Below, in pieces: positions 46,131-55,669 of a stretch of DNA of 64,000 nucleotides. The stretch lies in NCBI GenBank assembly GCA_965214405.1, contig OZ243956.1:2368001-2432000 (forward strand). The letters are read 5' to 3'. Both the position numbers and the translations under genes were made by a program. This DNA comes from Trueperaceae bacterium. GTDB taxonomy: Bacteria; Deinococcota; Deinococci; Deinococcales; Trueperaceae. The stretch's first letter is position 1; each line of letters opens with the position of its first letter. The notes beneath the pieces were generated by a model. It was not told the origin of the DNA, made no database searches, and worked only from the letters and a program-made list of their open reading frames with translations.

Positions 46131-47243
46131 CTAATACTTGAACGGCCACCGCTTGAAATACTGCCGACTCAGCCGCCACCAGTTCGCCAAGCCGCGCGGC
46201 TCGAAAATCAAAAAGAGCACGACGATGAGGCCAAACACGGTGGGGCGCAAGGCGGTGCCGACGTCGATGCTCGAGGGCAACACGCCTTGCAGCGCCCCCG
46301 CCAATCCCTCCACCCAGGGGTCGAGAAACTGCAAAAAGGCGGGGCCGATAAGCGAGCCCACGAGCGTGCCCAGCCCGCCCACGATCGCCATCGCCAAAAA
46401 GTCAATGGAAACGCCCAGCGTAAAAGACTCCACAATCACGCTGCCGTTGTAAAAGGCCAGCAGCACCCCCGCGACGCCCGCGTAAAAGCCCGCCACGGCA
46501 AAGGCCATCACCTTGGTCGCGCCCGGATTGATGCCCATCGCGTCGGCGGCGCGGTCGTTGTCGCGCACCGCCACGAGCGCCCGCCCGAAGCGGCTGCGCA
46601 AGAGGTTGCGAAACGCCAGCGCCATGACGATGACCACACTCAGCCCGAAAAAATAGTAAAAGGGGCCGATGGTGGTGGAGCCGCTTATGGTCGTACCAAA
46701 AAAGTCCACGCGAGGCAGTCTGATACTGCCCCCCTGATTGAGCCACGGCGTGTGCCCCACCGACCAGGTGAAAATCACCTGAAAGGCGAGCGTGGCGATC
46801 GCCAGATAAAGGTGCTTGAGCCGAAAGCTCGGCAACCCCACAAACGCGCCCACCGCCGCCGCGACGAGTCCGCCCACGGGCAAGAGCAGCAGCACGTACC
46901 AGAAGGGCACGGTGCTGTCAAAGCCCAAGAGAGGCACCGCCACGTCGCGCGTAATCGTCGCCGCCGCGTACGCGCCCACCCCCATAAAGGCCGCGTGCCC
47001 GATGCTGATTTGCCCCGCAAAGCCCGTGACCAAGTTGAGCCCCATCACCGCCACGGTGTAGATGAGAACTAAGTCCAAAAGCCGAAAGAGCGACCGCGAC
47101 ATAAAAGGCGCAAAGGGAAGCAAAAAAAGCACAATAAGGAGCACCACCAGCGACGCCTGCTCGCTGTAGGTCGCAAAAATCGTCTGGTCCTCTTTGTAGC
47201 TTCGGCGGTAGTTGCCCGACTGGGTCCAGCGGTTAACGGCCAT
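46131..47243 (-). CDS. Branched-chain-amino-acid-type ABC permease (LivM-like)
   Basis: GLNLVTG.AGQIS.GHAAF, YLAIATLAF, GRA..AVRD...AA..MGI. Confidence 0.88.
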   Translation of the reverse strand: MAVNRWTQSGNYRRSYKEDQTIFATYSEQASLVVLLIVLFLLPFAPFMSRSLFRLLDLVLIYTVAVMGLNLVTGFAGQISIGHAAFMGVGAYAAATITRDVAVPLLGFDSTVPFWYVLLLLPVGGLVAAAVGAFVGLPSFRLKHLYLAIATLAFQVIFTWSVGHTPWLNQGGSIRLPRVDFFGTTISGSTTIGPFYYFFGLSVVIVMALAFRNLLRSRFGRALVAVRDNDRAADAMGINPGATKVMAFAVAGFYAGVAGVLLAFYNGSVIVESFTLGVSIDFLAMAIVGGLGTLVGSLIGPAFLQFLDPWVEGLAGALQGVLPSSIDVGTALRPTVFGLIVVLFLIFEPRGLANWWRLSRQYFKRWPFKY

Positions 47244-47341
47244 AACGCGCTCCGCGCCTAGAAAAAGAGGAAAGAGAAAAGGTAAAGGGTGAAAGGTGAA
47301 GCAAATCTTCCTTTTTCCTCTTTTTACTTTCAACTCGCTTC

Positions 47342-48235
47342 TTACACACGTTCAATCTCCCTAGTGCCAAAAAGCCCGTGAGGTTTAACGAGGAGAATCA
47401 AGAGGAGGACGACGAAGGGGAAGACTTCGCCGGTGCCGCCGCCCGGTACAAACGGGTCTAGGTAGCCGGTGGCGAGCTGCTCGAGCACCCCAATCACAAT
47501 CCCCCCGACCACCGCCCCCGCAATCGAATCGAGCCCGCCCAAAATCACCGCCGGAAACACGCGCAGGCCGATGGCGGTCAACCCGGCAAACTCCAAACCG
47601 TTCACGCTTCCCACCACAAAACCCGCCGCGGTCGCGCTCATCGCCGCCGCCGCCCAGGCGAGCGCGAACACGCGCTCAATGGATACGCCCACGCTGAGGC
47701 TCGCCAACTGGTCGTCAGCCACCGCGCGCATGGCGATGCCCAGCGTGCTGCGGGTAAAAAAGAGGAGCAGCGCCGCGATAAAAAGGACGGTGAGTAAGAT
47801 ACCCACCGCGTGCTCCCAGCGCAAGAAAAGCCCGGCGAACTGAATGGGCGTGGCAGGCAAAAAAGAAGGAAAGCGCGCGGTCAGGGTGCCAAAGGGCGTG
47901 AAGTAAACGAGCCCCGACAACACGCTGGCGAGCGCAATCGTCACCATAATCACGCTGATGATGGGCTCGCCGATCATCGGCCTCAAGAACACGCGCTCGA
48001 CGGCCCCGCCGAGCGCGTACATGAGCCCGGTCGCCAGCACCAGCGAGAGGGGGACGGGCAGCCCCGCCCACGCCGTGAGCCCGTAGGTAATAAACGCGCC
48101 GATGGCAATGAGTTCGCCGTGCGCGAAGTTGATGACCCGGCTCGCTTTGTAGATAAGGACAAAACCGAGGGCCGCGAGCGTATAGACGCAGCCCACCGCG
48201 ACGCCTGTGACGAGGAGCTGGAGGAAGTAGGTCAC
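47342..48235 (-). CDS. Branched-chain-amino-acid-type ABC permease (LivH-like)
   Basis: Y.L.ALGF.LIY....VINFAHG, G.AMRAVAD, ILGGLDS. Confidence 0.88.
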   Translation of the reverse strand: MTYFLQLLVTGVAVGCVYTLAALGFVLIYKASRVINFAHGELIAIGAFITYGLTAWAGLPVPLSLVLATGLMYALGGAVERVFLRPMIGEPIISVIMVTIALASVLSGLVYFTPFGTLTARFPSFLPATPIQFAGLFLRWEHAVGILLTVLFIAALLLFFTRSTLGIAMRAVADDQLASLSVGVSIERVFALAWAAAAMSATAAGFVVGSVNGLEFAGLTAIGLRVFPAVILGGLDSIAGAVVGGIVIGVLEQLATGYLDPFVPGGGTGEVFPFVVLLLILLVKPHGLFGTREIERV

Positions 48236-50193
48236 CGTTTCACCCCCACCGGCTCAGGTTTGGCGGGTTGGGAGGGCTCGAGCACCGCCACCTCCGTCTC
48301 GATTCGCGCCGTCTGACCGTCCTGATACTTGAACTCCGCACGAACCCGCACCCGCTCCTTTGCTGTGTCGTAAAGCGCGTCCAAAAGGTCCTGATAACGC
48401 TCGGCCACAAAACCGCGCCGCACCTTGCCCGTCCGGGTCAGCTCCTCATCGTCGGCGTCCAGAAGCTTATAGAGAAGCACAAAACGCGTGACGCGTTCGC
48501 TCTCTTTGAGGTCGGCGTTAACACCCTGCACCTCGTTGAGGATGAGCCCCGCCACCTCCGGGTTTTGCGACAGGTCGGCGTAGGTGGTGTACGAGAGGCC
48601 GCGGTCTTCGGCCCATTTCCCCACCGTCAGCGCGTCGATGTTGACCATCGCGGTCACGAAAGGCTGCGCGTCGCCGTAGACGACGGCCTCCTTGACAAAG
48701 GGGCTGAACTTGAGCTTGTTCTCGATAAATTGCGGGCTGAACATGTGGCCGCTACTTGTGTGCATCACGTCCGACACGCGGTCGATGATGACTAAGTGAC
48801 CGTCGTCGTCTAGGTACCCAGCGTCCCCCGAGCGAAACCAGCCGTCTTCGGTCACGGCGTCCCCGAACGCGTCGGCGCGCCCGTAGTAGCCGTGGCAGAC
48901 GCCGTCGCAGCGGGTCAGCACCTCGCCGGAAGGGGAGATTTTGACCTCGACACCCGGCAGCGGCGTCCCGACGGTGTCGTGCTTGACCGCCCCGTCGCGC
49001 TGGACGTAGGCGAGCCCCGCCGTTTCGGTCTGGCCGTAGACCTGCTTTAGGTTGACGCCCATGCCCTGAAAAAACTTAAACGTATCGGGACCCAGGGCCG
49101 CGCCCCCCGTGTAGGCGCGCTTGAGCCGCAGGAAACCGAGCCGGTCTTTGAGAGGCCGGAAGAGGAGTGCGTGCGCGACGCGGTAACCCACAGCGAGGCC
49201 CGGCGGCAGCTTTTCGCCCCTCATCCGGTACTCCGCCGCCCTCATGCCGGTATTCATGAGTCTACGGTAGACCCAGCGGTTGAGCGGGTAGGACTCGTCC
49301 ATTTTGACCCAGATGCTCGACTGGACGCCCTCCCAGACGCGGGGCGCGCCGAGCATCATGTGGGGACCAATCTCGCGCAAATCCTCCATCGCGGTCTCGC
49401 TCGATTCGGGAAAGTTGACGACCATGCCGGTTAAAAGGGGCAGCGCGAGCGCGAACACCTGCTCGACGATCCAGGCGAAAGGCAAAAACGAGACGTAGTC
49501 GTCCTCTTCGCTTAGCGGGTCCACTTGCTGGAGCGCGTAGCCCATCGAAAGGTAGTTGCGGTGACTCAGCTCCGCCGCCTTGGGTCTTCCTGTGGTGCCC
49601 GAGGTGGTCGATAAGTGGCAGATGTCGTCGGGCTCACCCTGCGCCACGTGCGCCTCGAAGAGGTTGGGCTCCCGCTCGCCTAACGCAGCACCCGCGGTAA
49701 GCAGCGCGTCCCAGCTCATCAACCAGTCGTCCTGGTAGTCGCGCATCCCCCTCGCGTCTTCAAACACGACCCGCTTGACGCTCGGCAGTTCACTCCGCCG
49801 GTCCAAGACTTTATCCACTTGCTCCTGGTCTTCGGCGAACACAACGCTCACCTCGGCGTAGGCGAGCAAGTAGGCGACCTCGTCGCGGACGCTCGAGCTG
49901 TAGACCCCGATACTCACCGCGCCGATACTTTGCGCCGCGAGTTCCGTCACGAACCAGGCGGGGATGTTGTCGGCCAGCACCGCCACCCGGTCGCCCGGCG
50001 CGACGCCCAGCGAGAGAAGCCCCAGCGCGGCGTGCCGGACTTTTGTGGCGACGTCTTGCCAGGTGAGTTCGTTCCAGATGCCGAAGTCTTTGTGGCGCAA
50101 GGCCACCCGCTCGGGCGTGGCGGCGGCGCGTTTTAGGAGGAGTTGCGGCAGGGTCAGCCCCACCATGTCCGCGCTCGCTTCTAAGCGGTTCAC
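48232..50193 (-). CDS. Long-chain acyl-CoA synthetase (AMP-binding)
   Basis: TSGTTGRPK, YGQTE, GWF.SGD.G, IIDR, ELT.T.K.RR. Confidence 0.9.
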   Translation of the reverse strand: MNRLEASADMVGLTLPQLLLKRAAATPERVALRHKDFGIWNELTWQDVATKVRHAALGLLSLGVAPGDRVAVLADNIPAWFVTELAAQSIGAVSIGVYSSSVRDEVAYLLAYAEVSVVFAEDQEQVDKVLDRRSELPSVKRVVFEDARGMRDYQDDWLMSWDALLTAGAALGEREPNLFEAHVAQGEPDDICHLSTTSGTTGRPKAAELSHRNYLSMGYALQQVDPLSEEDDYVSFLPFAWIVEQVFALALPLLTGMVVNFPESSETAMEDLREIGPHMMLGAPRVWEGVQSSIWVKMDESYPLNRWVYRRLMNTGMRAAEYRMRGEKLPPGLAVGYRVAHALLFRPLKDRLGFLRLKRAYTGGAALGPDTFKFFQGMGVNLKQVYGQTETAGLAYVQRDGAVKHDTVGTPLPGVEVKISPSGEVLTRCDGVCHGYYGRADAFGDAVTEDGWFRSGDAGYLDDDGHLVIIDRVSDVMHTSSGHMFSPQFIENKLKFSPFVKEAVVYGDAQPFVTAMVNIDALTVGKWAEDRGLSYTTYADLSQNPEVAGLILNEVQGVNADLKESERVTRFVLLYKLLDADDEELTRTGKVRRGFVAERYQDLLDALYDTAKERVRVRAEFKYQDGQTARIETEVAVLEPSQPAKPEPVGVKR

Positions 50194-51008
50194 AGCGTGA
50201 CCTCGTCCCCAACAGGGTTCTCTGCCGCGTCGCCTATGTACGCTTCTATGACCGCGGGGTCAAGGGCCACCACCGCGGGCGGCCCCGCCGCGATGCGCTC
50301 GCCGAAGTCGAGCACGAACACGTAATCGCTGATGTCCATGACCACGCCCAAATCGTGCTCGATAAGAACCACCGTCGTGCCCTCCGCTTTGATGTCCAAA
50401 ACAAAGCGCACGACGTCCTCTTTTTCGCCCAGCGTCATCCCCGCCATCGGCTCGTCAAGCAAGAGCAGCTTGGGCTCGAGCGTGAGCGCCCTGGCCACCT
50501 CGACGCGCTTGCGGACGCCATAAGCGAGTTCACCCACGGTGGCTTTGCGAACGGGTCCCAACTCCATAAAATCAATCACGCCCTCCACAAACGCGCGGTT
50601 TTCGGCCTCCTGCTTTTGCGCGCGCCCGTAAAAAAAGAGCGCTTGGGCAAAGCTGTATTTCAGGTGCGTGTGGCGCGCCAACATGAGGTTGTCGAGCACC
50701 GAGAGCCCGGAAAAAAGTTCGATATTTTGAAACGCCCTGGCCACGCCCAACTTTGAAATCTGGTGTGGGCTCGCCCCCACGAGTTCGTGCCCCTCAAAAG
50801 CGATAGACCCGCTCGTCGCGGTGTAAAAGCCCGACACGCAGTTTAAGAGGCTCGTTTTGCCCGCCCCGTTAGGACCGATAATAGAAGTGATGGTGTTGGG
50901 CGAAACCGTGAGCGACACGTTGGAAAGCGCGTTGAGGCCGCCGAACGAGAGCGTCAGGTTTTTTACAACTAGCTGAGGCGCGTCTGGCTGCGACACGGGC
51001 TGCGGCAC
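50190..51008 (-). CDS. ABC transporter ATP-binding protein (LivG-like)
   Basis: GPNGAGKT, FQN, LLLLDEP.AG, IEHD. Confidence 0.9.
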   Translation of the reverse strand: MPQPVSQPDAPQLVVKNLTLSFGGLNALSNVSLTVSPNTITSIIGPNGAGKTSLLNCVSGFYTATSGSIAFEGHELVGASPHQISKLGVARAFQNIELFSGLSVLDNLMLARHTHLKYSFAQALFFYGRAQKQEAENRAFVEGVIDFMELGPVRKATVGELAYGVRKRVEVARALTLEPKLLLLDEPMAGMTLGEKEDVVRFVLDIKAEGTTVVLIEHDLGVVMDISDYVFVLDFGERIAAGPPAVVALDPAVIEAYIGDAAENPVGDEVTL

Positions 51009-51584
51009 GTCATCCTGCTTTCTTTGCGGCTTGCGACCGCCTGGGGTGTGGGCGCAAGTATATCAGGTGATGTGGAAGAAATACCACCTGCGCCCCCAAA
51101 GGGATTGAAGGGGTTACGGTAGCGGGGCTCGAGCCACCGCCAAAGCGCACTACGCCAAAGCGCAGCCCGAAAACCAGACCTCCCGGCGCTAGCGTCGGGG
51201 TGAATTTAACAGCATAAAAGACAGCAGGCCGCGAAGATATACGGAGGTTGGCCAAGGCCAACCGCGTCAGAGTCAGAGGGGTTCACTATATCAGGAGGAT
51301 GATAGGGCTCGAGCTTTACCAAAACCCTAAGCGGCCCCAACCCTTGGCAGCCCCGCCCAAACTTGTAGCGCGAAGCAGGTTCAGCAGTGACTTTGTATTT
51401 TTTGCCTTTGGTGTGCTATAAAGTGAAGAGGAAAATGGCTGTCGCTTAACGGCCAGCTCCTCCGTAACGTTCTCTTGAGTAAGTTCGCGCGGGCTGAAGG
51501 GGGCAGAATCCACTGACATGTTTCGTGACGCTTGCACCTCGCAGGGTGCGAATTTGCTGCACAATGTCCTAAAGGAGTGACGAG

Positions 51585-52565
51585 ATGAACATTCTTATTA
51601 CGGGTAGCGCTGGTTTTGTTGGCAGTCACTTGGCTGAACATTTTCTCGCCGAAGGGCACACCGTCGTCGGCGTCGACAACTATATCAGCGGGCAAAAGCG
51701 CAACACCCAGCTTTTTCTTTCCGACCCCGCCTTTTCGTTTATCGAGGCGGACGTGTCGCAGGGTATCTTGTACCGCGGGCCGCGCCTCGACTGGGTGCTC
51801 CACTTTGCCTCGCCAGCCTCCCCGCCCCACTATCAGCAGTTCCCCATTGAAACGCTGATGGTCGGTTCGCAGGGCACGCAGAACGCTTTAGAGCTCGCCA
51901 AGGCTCACGGGGCCAAGTTTTTCTTGGCCAGCACCAGCGAAGTCTACGGCGACCCGCTCGTTCACCCCCAACCCGAAACCTACTGGGGCCACGTCAACCC
52001 CAACGGCGTCCGTTCCTGCTACGACGAGTCCAAGCGCTACGCCGAGGCCATTACGATGGCGTACCACCGCCACCACGGGTTAGACACGCGCATTATCCGG
52101 ATTTTTAACACCTACGGCCCGCGGATGCGCGCCAACGACGGGCGCGTCGTCACGAACTTTATCAATCAGGCGCTCCGGGGCGAGGCGCTGACCATCTACG
52201 GCGACGGTCGGCAGACGCGTTCGTTCCAGTACGTTACGGACCTTGTCAAGGGCGTCGCTTCGCTCATGAACACGGATTACCATGAGCCGGTCAACTTGGG
52301 CAATCCCGACGAATACACGATCCTTCGCTTTGCCGAAATCATACGCCAGCACATCGACCCGGCACTGGAAATCAAGTTTTGCCCCTCCTCAGAGGACGAC
52401 CCCAAACAGCGCAAGCCCGATATTCGCGTGGCCCAGACGCTCCTCGGGTGGAAGCCGCAGCGGTCGCTCCTTTACGGTATAGAGAAAACTGTGACCTACT
52501 TTCAGTCGTTAAAGGCTCCGCCCCACACCAAGCCGGTCTATGCTTACGTCCCCCAGGGTCGGTAA
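51585..52565 (+). CDS. UDP-glucuronate decarboxylase family (extended SDR)
   Basis: [46 protein letters not shown]. Confidence 0.92.
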   Translation: MNILITGSAGFVGSHLAEHFLAEGHTVVGVDNYISGQKRNTQLFLSDPAFSFIEADVSQGILYRGPRLDWVLHFASPASPPHYQQFPIETLMVGSQGTQNALELAKAHGAKFFLASTSEVYGDPLVHPQPETYWGHVNPNGVRSCYDESKRYAEAITMAYHRHHGLDTRIIRIFNTYGPRMRANDGRVVTNFINQALRGEALTIYGDGRQTRSFQYVTDLVKGVASLMNTDYHEPVNLGNPDEYTILRFAEIIRQHIDPALEIKFCPSSEDDPKQRKPDIRVAQTLLGWKPQRSLLYGIEKTVTYFQSLKAPPHTKPVYAYVPQGR

Positions 52566-52800
52566 CTGTTAAAAACTAAACAGCTTAGCGTGTGAGTCAA
52601 AGATGTGTGGAAGATGATGGGTCGCTCTGGTAGACTGACTCCGTTACGAAGCTTTAGTGGCCCCAACCGACAGATTTAACTCACAATGCTCAACCGTAAT
52701 CTCGCAAGCTTTGTTCACATCCCTTGAGGCATGACGCGTTTTTCACCCAAAATCTCAGATCCAGTTGGGTGTAGCGTGTGTTGGGGCAGGGGAGGAAACT

Positions 52801-55140
52801 ATGAGTATATCTGTAAGCAGGACCATATTCATTTCTCTGCTGCTTACCACCCTCGTCTCTTGCAATCCTCAAGATGAACCAGCCACCGAACCGTCCACAC
52901 CGTCGGCACCGGAGGCCCTCCGCACCGAGTCCCTAACGCTGTACAACGCCGATACAGACGAAAGTATCAGGCCGCTGAACGACGGCGACACGCTCAACCT
53001 TTCAACGTTGACCACCAAAAACCTGAGCATCGTGGCCCGCACGAGCCCCCAGGTGGTTGGGAGCGTCGCGTTTACCCTGGACGGCACCTCGTTTGTCGAT
53101 AACACCTCGCCGTACGCCGTCGCAGGTAGCGACGACGAGGGCGGGAACAGCGCCGACTACACGGCTTGGACGCCAAGCCTAGGCAACCACACGTTGACAG
53201 TCACGCCTTTTAGCGAGCCGGACGCGAGCGGAGAGGCTGGAACGCCCCTAACGTTGGCGTTTAGTGTTGAAGAAATGGACGATGGTCCGGGCGGCGGAAG
53301 CGGGGGACAAAGCGGCGGCGAAGCGCCCAGAGAAAAAGAAGGGCAGTGGCGTAGGCTCTCCCAGAGTCCGACGAAGCGGCAGGAGGTTGCCTACGTACAA
53401 GTTGACGGCCTGTTCTATCTGGCGGGCGGGAGCACGCAGCAAGAAGTTTACAACCCCGCCACCGACACCTGGCGCACGGTCAAGCCCTTACCCAGGAAGC
53501 TCGATCACATCCAGAGCGTGGCTATAGACGGAAAAATCTATTACATCGGCGGGCTGGCGGGTTGGCCGAAGCCGTCCGTGGACACGGTTTACATTTATGA
53601 CCCGGAGCGCGACAGCTTTACGCAGGGCGCGCCGATGCCAGAGGGCCGCGACCGCGGTGCGGGCGGTGTGGCGGTCTATGACGGGCGCATCTACTACGCG
53701 GGTGGCCTCCACGACGGAAAAGCCGTGGCCTGGTTCGACGTTTATGACCCGGCGCGCGGTAGCTGGAGCACCCTAGAAGACATGCCGACCCCAAGAGATC
53801 ACTTTCAAGGCGCCGTCGTGGGCGGCACTTTTTACGCTATCGGCGGGCGCGACACCACCATTAATGCAACCGTTTCTGTGGTCGAGACTTATGATTTTTC
53901 CAAAAAAACGTGGTCTACGCTCGACACGGACTTGCCGACGCCGCGCGGCGGTTTCGCAACCGCCGTGCTGGGCGACGAAATTTTCACCATCGGCGGCGAG
54001 GGCGGGGGCAAGGCTTATAATGAAGTCGAAGCGTACAACCCCACCACCAACACCTGGCGCACCTTAGCGCCCATGCCGACGGCGCGTCACGGGATTCAGG
54101 CGGCGGTCTGTAACGGCGGCGTCTATATCGCGGCGGGCGGCGCGGAGCAAGCGGGCGGCGCGCCCACCAACGACCACGAGGTTTTGTCGCTGGGGAGCCT
54201 CGAGCCCTGCGAGCCGAGTGAGCCCACACCGAAAATCACCAAGATAAGCTGGAAAGACGTGGCCGACGCGCCCGTTGCGGTGACTGAGGCGCAGGGTACG
54301 GCCGTGGAGGGTAAACTCTATGTGTTCGGCGGCTACACCTCCTGGGCGTCTTTTTGCACGACCAAACGTTCAGATGTTTATGACCCCGCCACCAACACCT
54401 GGGAGCGGCTGCCGGACATGCCCGAGCCCTGGACCCACGCGGGCGTCGCTGTAGACGGCGACGACATTTACCTGGCCGGGGGCTACCTCAACAAACCCAA
54501 TTGTAACAGAGCCGAAGTGGCAACCACCACGGTGTGGAAGTTCGACTCAGACGAGAAAACCTGGAGCAAAAATCTACCCCCCCTACCCGAGCCGCGCGGC
54601 TCGAGCGGCTTTGTGCGGGTGGGGCGTACGCTCCACTTTTTTGGCGGGACGGACACCGACCGCGAGGACAAAGGCGATCACTGGGCGCTGCGGCTCGACG
54701 GCGGCACCGCCTGGGAGCGGCTGGCCCCTCTGCCCAACCCGCGAAGTCATATGGCGTACGTCACCTTTGACGACAAAATTTACGTGATAGGCGGTCAGCA
54801 CTGCTTCGAAGCGTGCGCCGTGGACCAGCGGTCGGTCAGTATCTACGACCCCACGACCGACACCTGGTCTCGAGGGGCCGACCTGCCCTTTCCCCTCTCC
54901 CACACATCCTCGTCAACCTTCGTTGTGGGCAACGTGATTGTTGTGGCCGGTGGAGAAAAAGCGCACAGCGATCATGTAGCCAGCGTGCTCGCCTACAGCC
55001 CCGCCGCGGACACCTGGAAGTCTCTCACACCCTTACCCGCCGAGCGCAGCGCGGGTGTAGGCAGCATGGTCGGGAACGCCATCCTCTTTTCGGGCGGCGG
55101 GAACTTTAACGAAACGGCGTTCAAGGGTACATTCCGGTAA
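52801..55140 (+). CDS. Lipoprotein with an Ig-like domain and two Kelch beta-propellers
   Basis: Lipobox LVSC; about 12 Kelch repeats (Y..GG ... YDP....W....MP..R); GGGAGG SD. Confidence 0.88.
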   Translation: MSISVSRTIFISLLLTTLVSCNPQDEPATEPSTPSAPEALRTESLTLYNADTDESIRPLNDGDTLNLSTLTTKNLSIVARTSPQVVGSVAFTLDGTSFVDNTSPYAVAGSDDEGGNSADYTAWTPSLGNHTLTVTPFSEPDASGEAGTPLTLAFSVEEMDDGPGGGSGGQSGGEAPREKEGQWRRLSQSPTKRQEVAYVQVDGLFYLAGGSTQQEVYNPATDTWRTVKPLPRKLDHIQSVAIDGKIYYIGGLAGWPKPSVDTVYIYDPERDSFTQGAPMPEGRDRGAGGVAVYDGRIYYAGGLHDGKAVAWFDVYDPARGSWSTLEDMPTPRDHFQGAVVGGTFYAIGGRDTTINATVSVVETYDFSKKTWSTLDTDLPTPRGGFATAVLGDEIFTIGGEGGGKAYNEVEAYNPTTNTWRTLAPMPTARHGIQAAVCNGGVYIAAGGAEQAGGAPTNDHEVLSLGSLEPCEPSEPTPKITKISWKDVADAPVAVTEAQGTAVEGKLYVFGGYTSWASFCTTKRSDVYDPATNTWERLPDMPEPWTHAGVAVDGDDIYLAGGYLNKPNCNRAEVATTTVWKFDSDEKTWSKNLPPLPEPRGSSGFVRVGRTLHFFGGTDTDREDKGDHWALRLDGGTAWERLAPLPNPRSHMAYVTFDDKIYVIGGQHCFEACAVDQRSVSIYDPTTDTWSRGADLPFPLSHTSSSTFVVGNVIVVAGGEKAHSDHVASVLAYSPAADTWKSLTPLPAERSAGVGSMVGNAILFSGGGNFNETAFKGTFR

Positions 55141-55362
55141 ACGGCAGGATTTGCGGGACGTGCAGAAGGCCGACAGAAGCGCGTCAAGCTCTTGCGGGGC
55201 GCGGCTCGAGGACGCCGTAAATCTACGGTAAACCGCCACGTAAAGCTGATCCTAAAGTCACAGCTCTCTCCTGTTACCGAGCTTTAGTGAGCCAGCGCGT
55301 CCCGCTCAGGCAGGACGTACCTTTCGCAGTTTGCTGCGTCACGCGAGTTCATCACAAAAGTG

Positions 55363-55391
55363 AAAAAGAGGAGCCCCAGAACGGGCTCCTC
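55363..55391 (-). terminator. Intrinsic terminator of the original tRNA-Asn locus
   Basis: GAGGAGCCC-6 nt-GGGCTCCTC with a T run on the minus strand, just 3' of the tRNA CCA. Confidence 0.7.
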
Positions 55392-55398
55392 TCACTTC

Positions 55399-55444
55399 TG
55401 GCTCCGCGACCTGGATTCGAACCAGGGACCATTCGATTAACAGT
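55399..55444 (-). pseudogene. 3' half of tRNA-Asn(GTT): att-site remnant of an integrated element
   Basis: Minus strand ACTGTTAATCGAATGGTCCCTGGTTCGAATCCAGGTCGCGGAGCCA (anticodon loop, T arm, CCA); no 5' acceptor strand or D arm upstream. Confidence 0.88.
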
Positions 55445-55669
55445 TGAGCTAGGTTCATCACGCTTGGTCACGTGTCTTCATGAAAGACTGTGCTAGACAT
55501 TGTTTCATATCCTCTCAGCGGTGCCTCTTCACGCCGGACTATGCCGTTTGTCGTCCTATAAGCTGTACTTAAGCTGTACTAATTGCACGTTGGAGAGCCC
55601 ATACTACATAATAAAACTATAGCCATAACATACCTGAGACACCTGATGTTGTTTGGTTTAGTCGGGAAG

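Noticed and set aside
46020..47072. Long antisense ORFs (also 386-1312, 26519-27226, 40384-41001 and others)
   Set aside because: Shadow ORFs opposite well-supported genes, expected in high-GC DNA
51010..51584. ncRNA or CDS in the long divergent intergenic region
   Set aside because: Only an imperfect inverted repeat (~51049-51095) and short ORFs without recognisable motifs
55399..55480. Intact tRNA-Asn gene
   Set aside because: No 5' acceptor strand or D arm; only the 3' half is present
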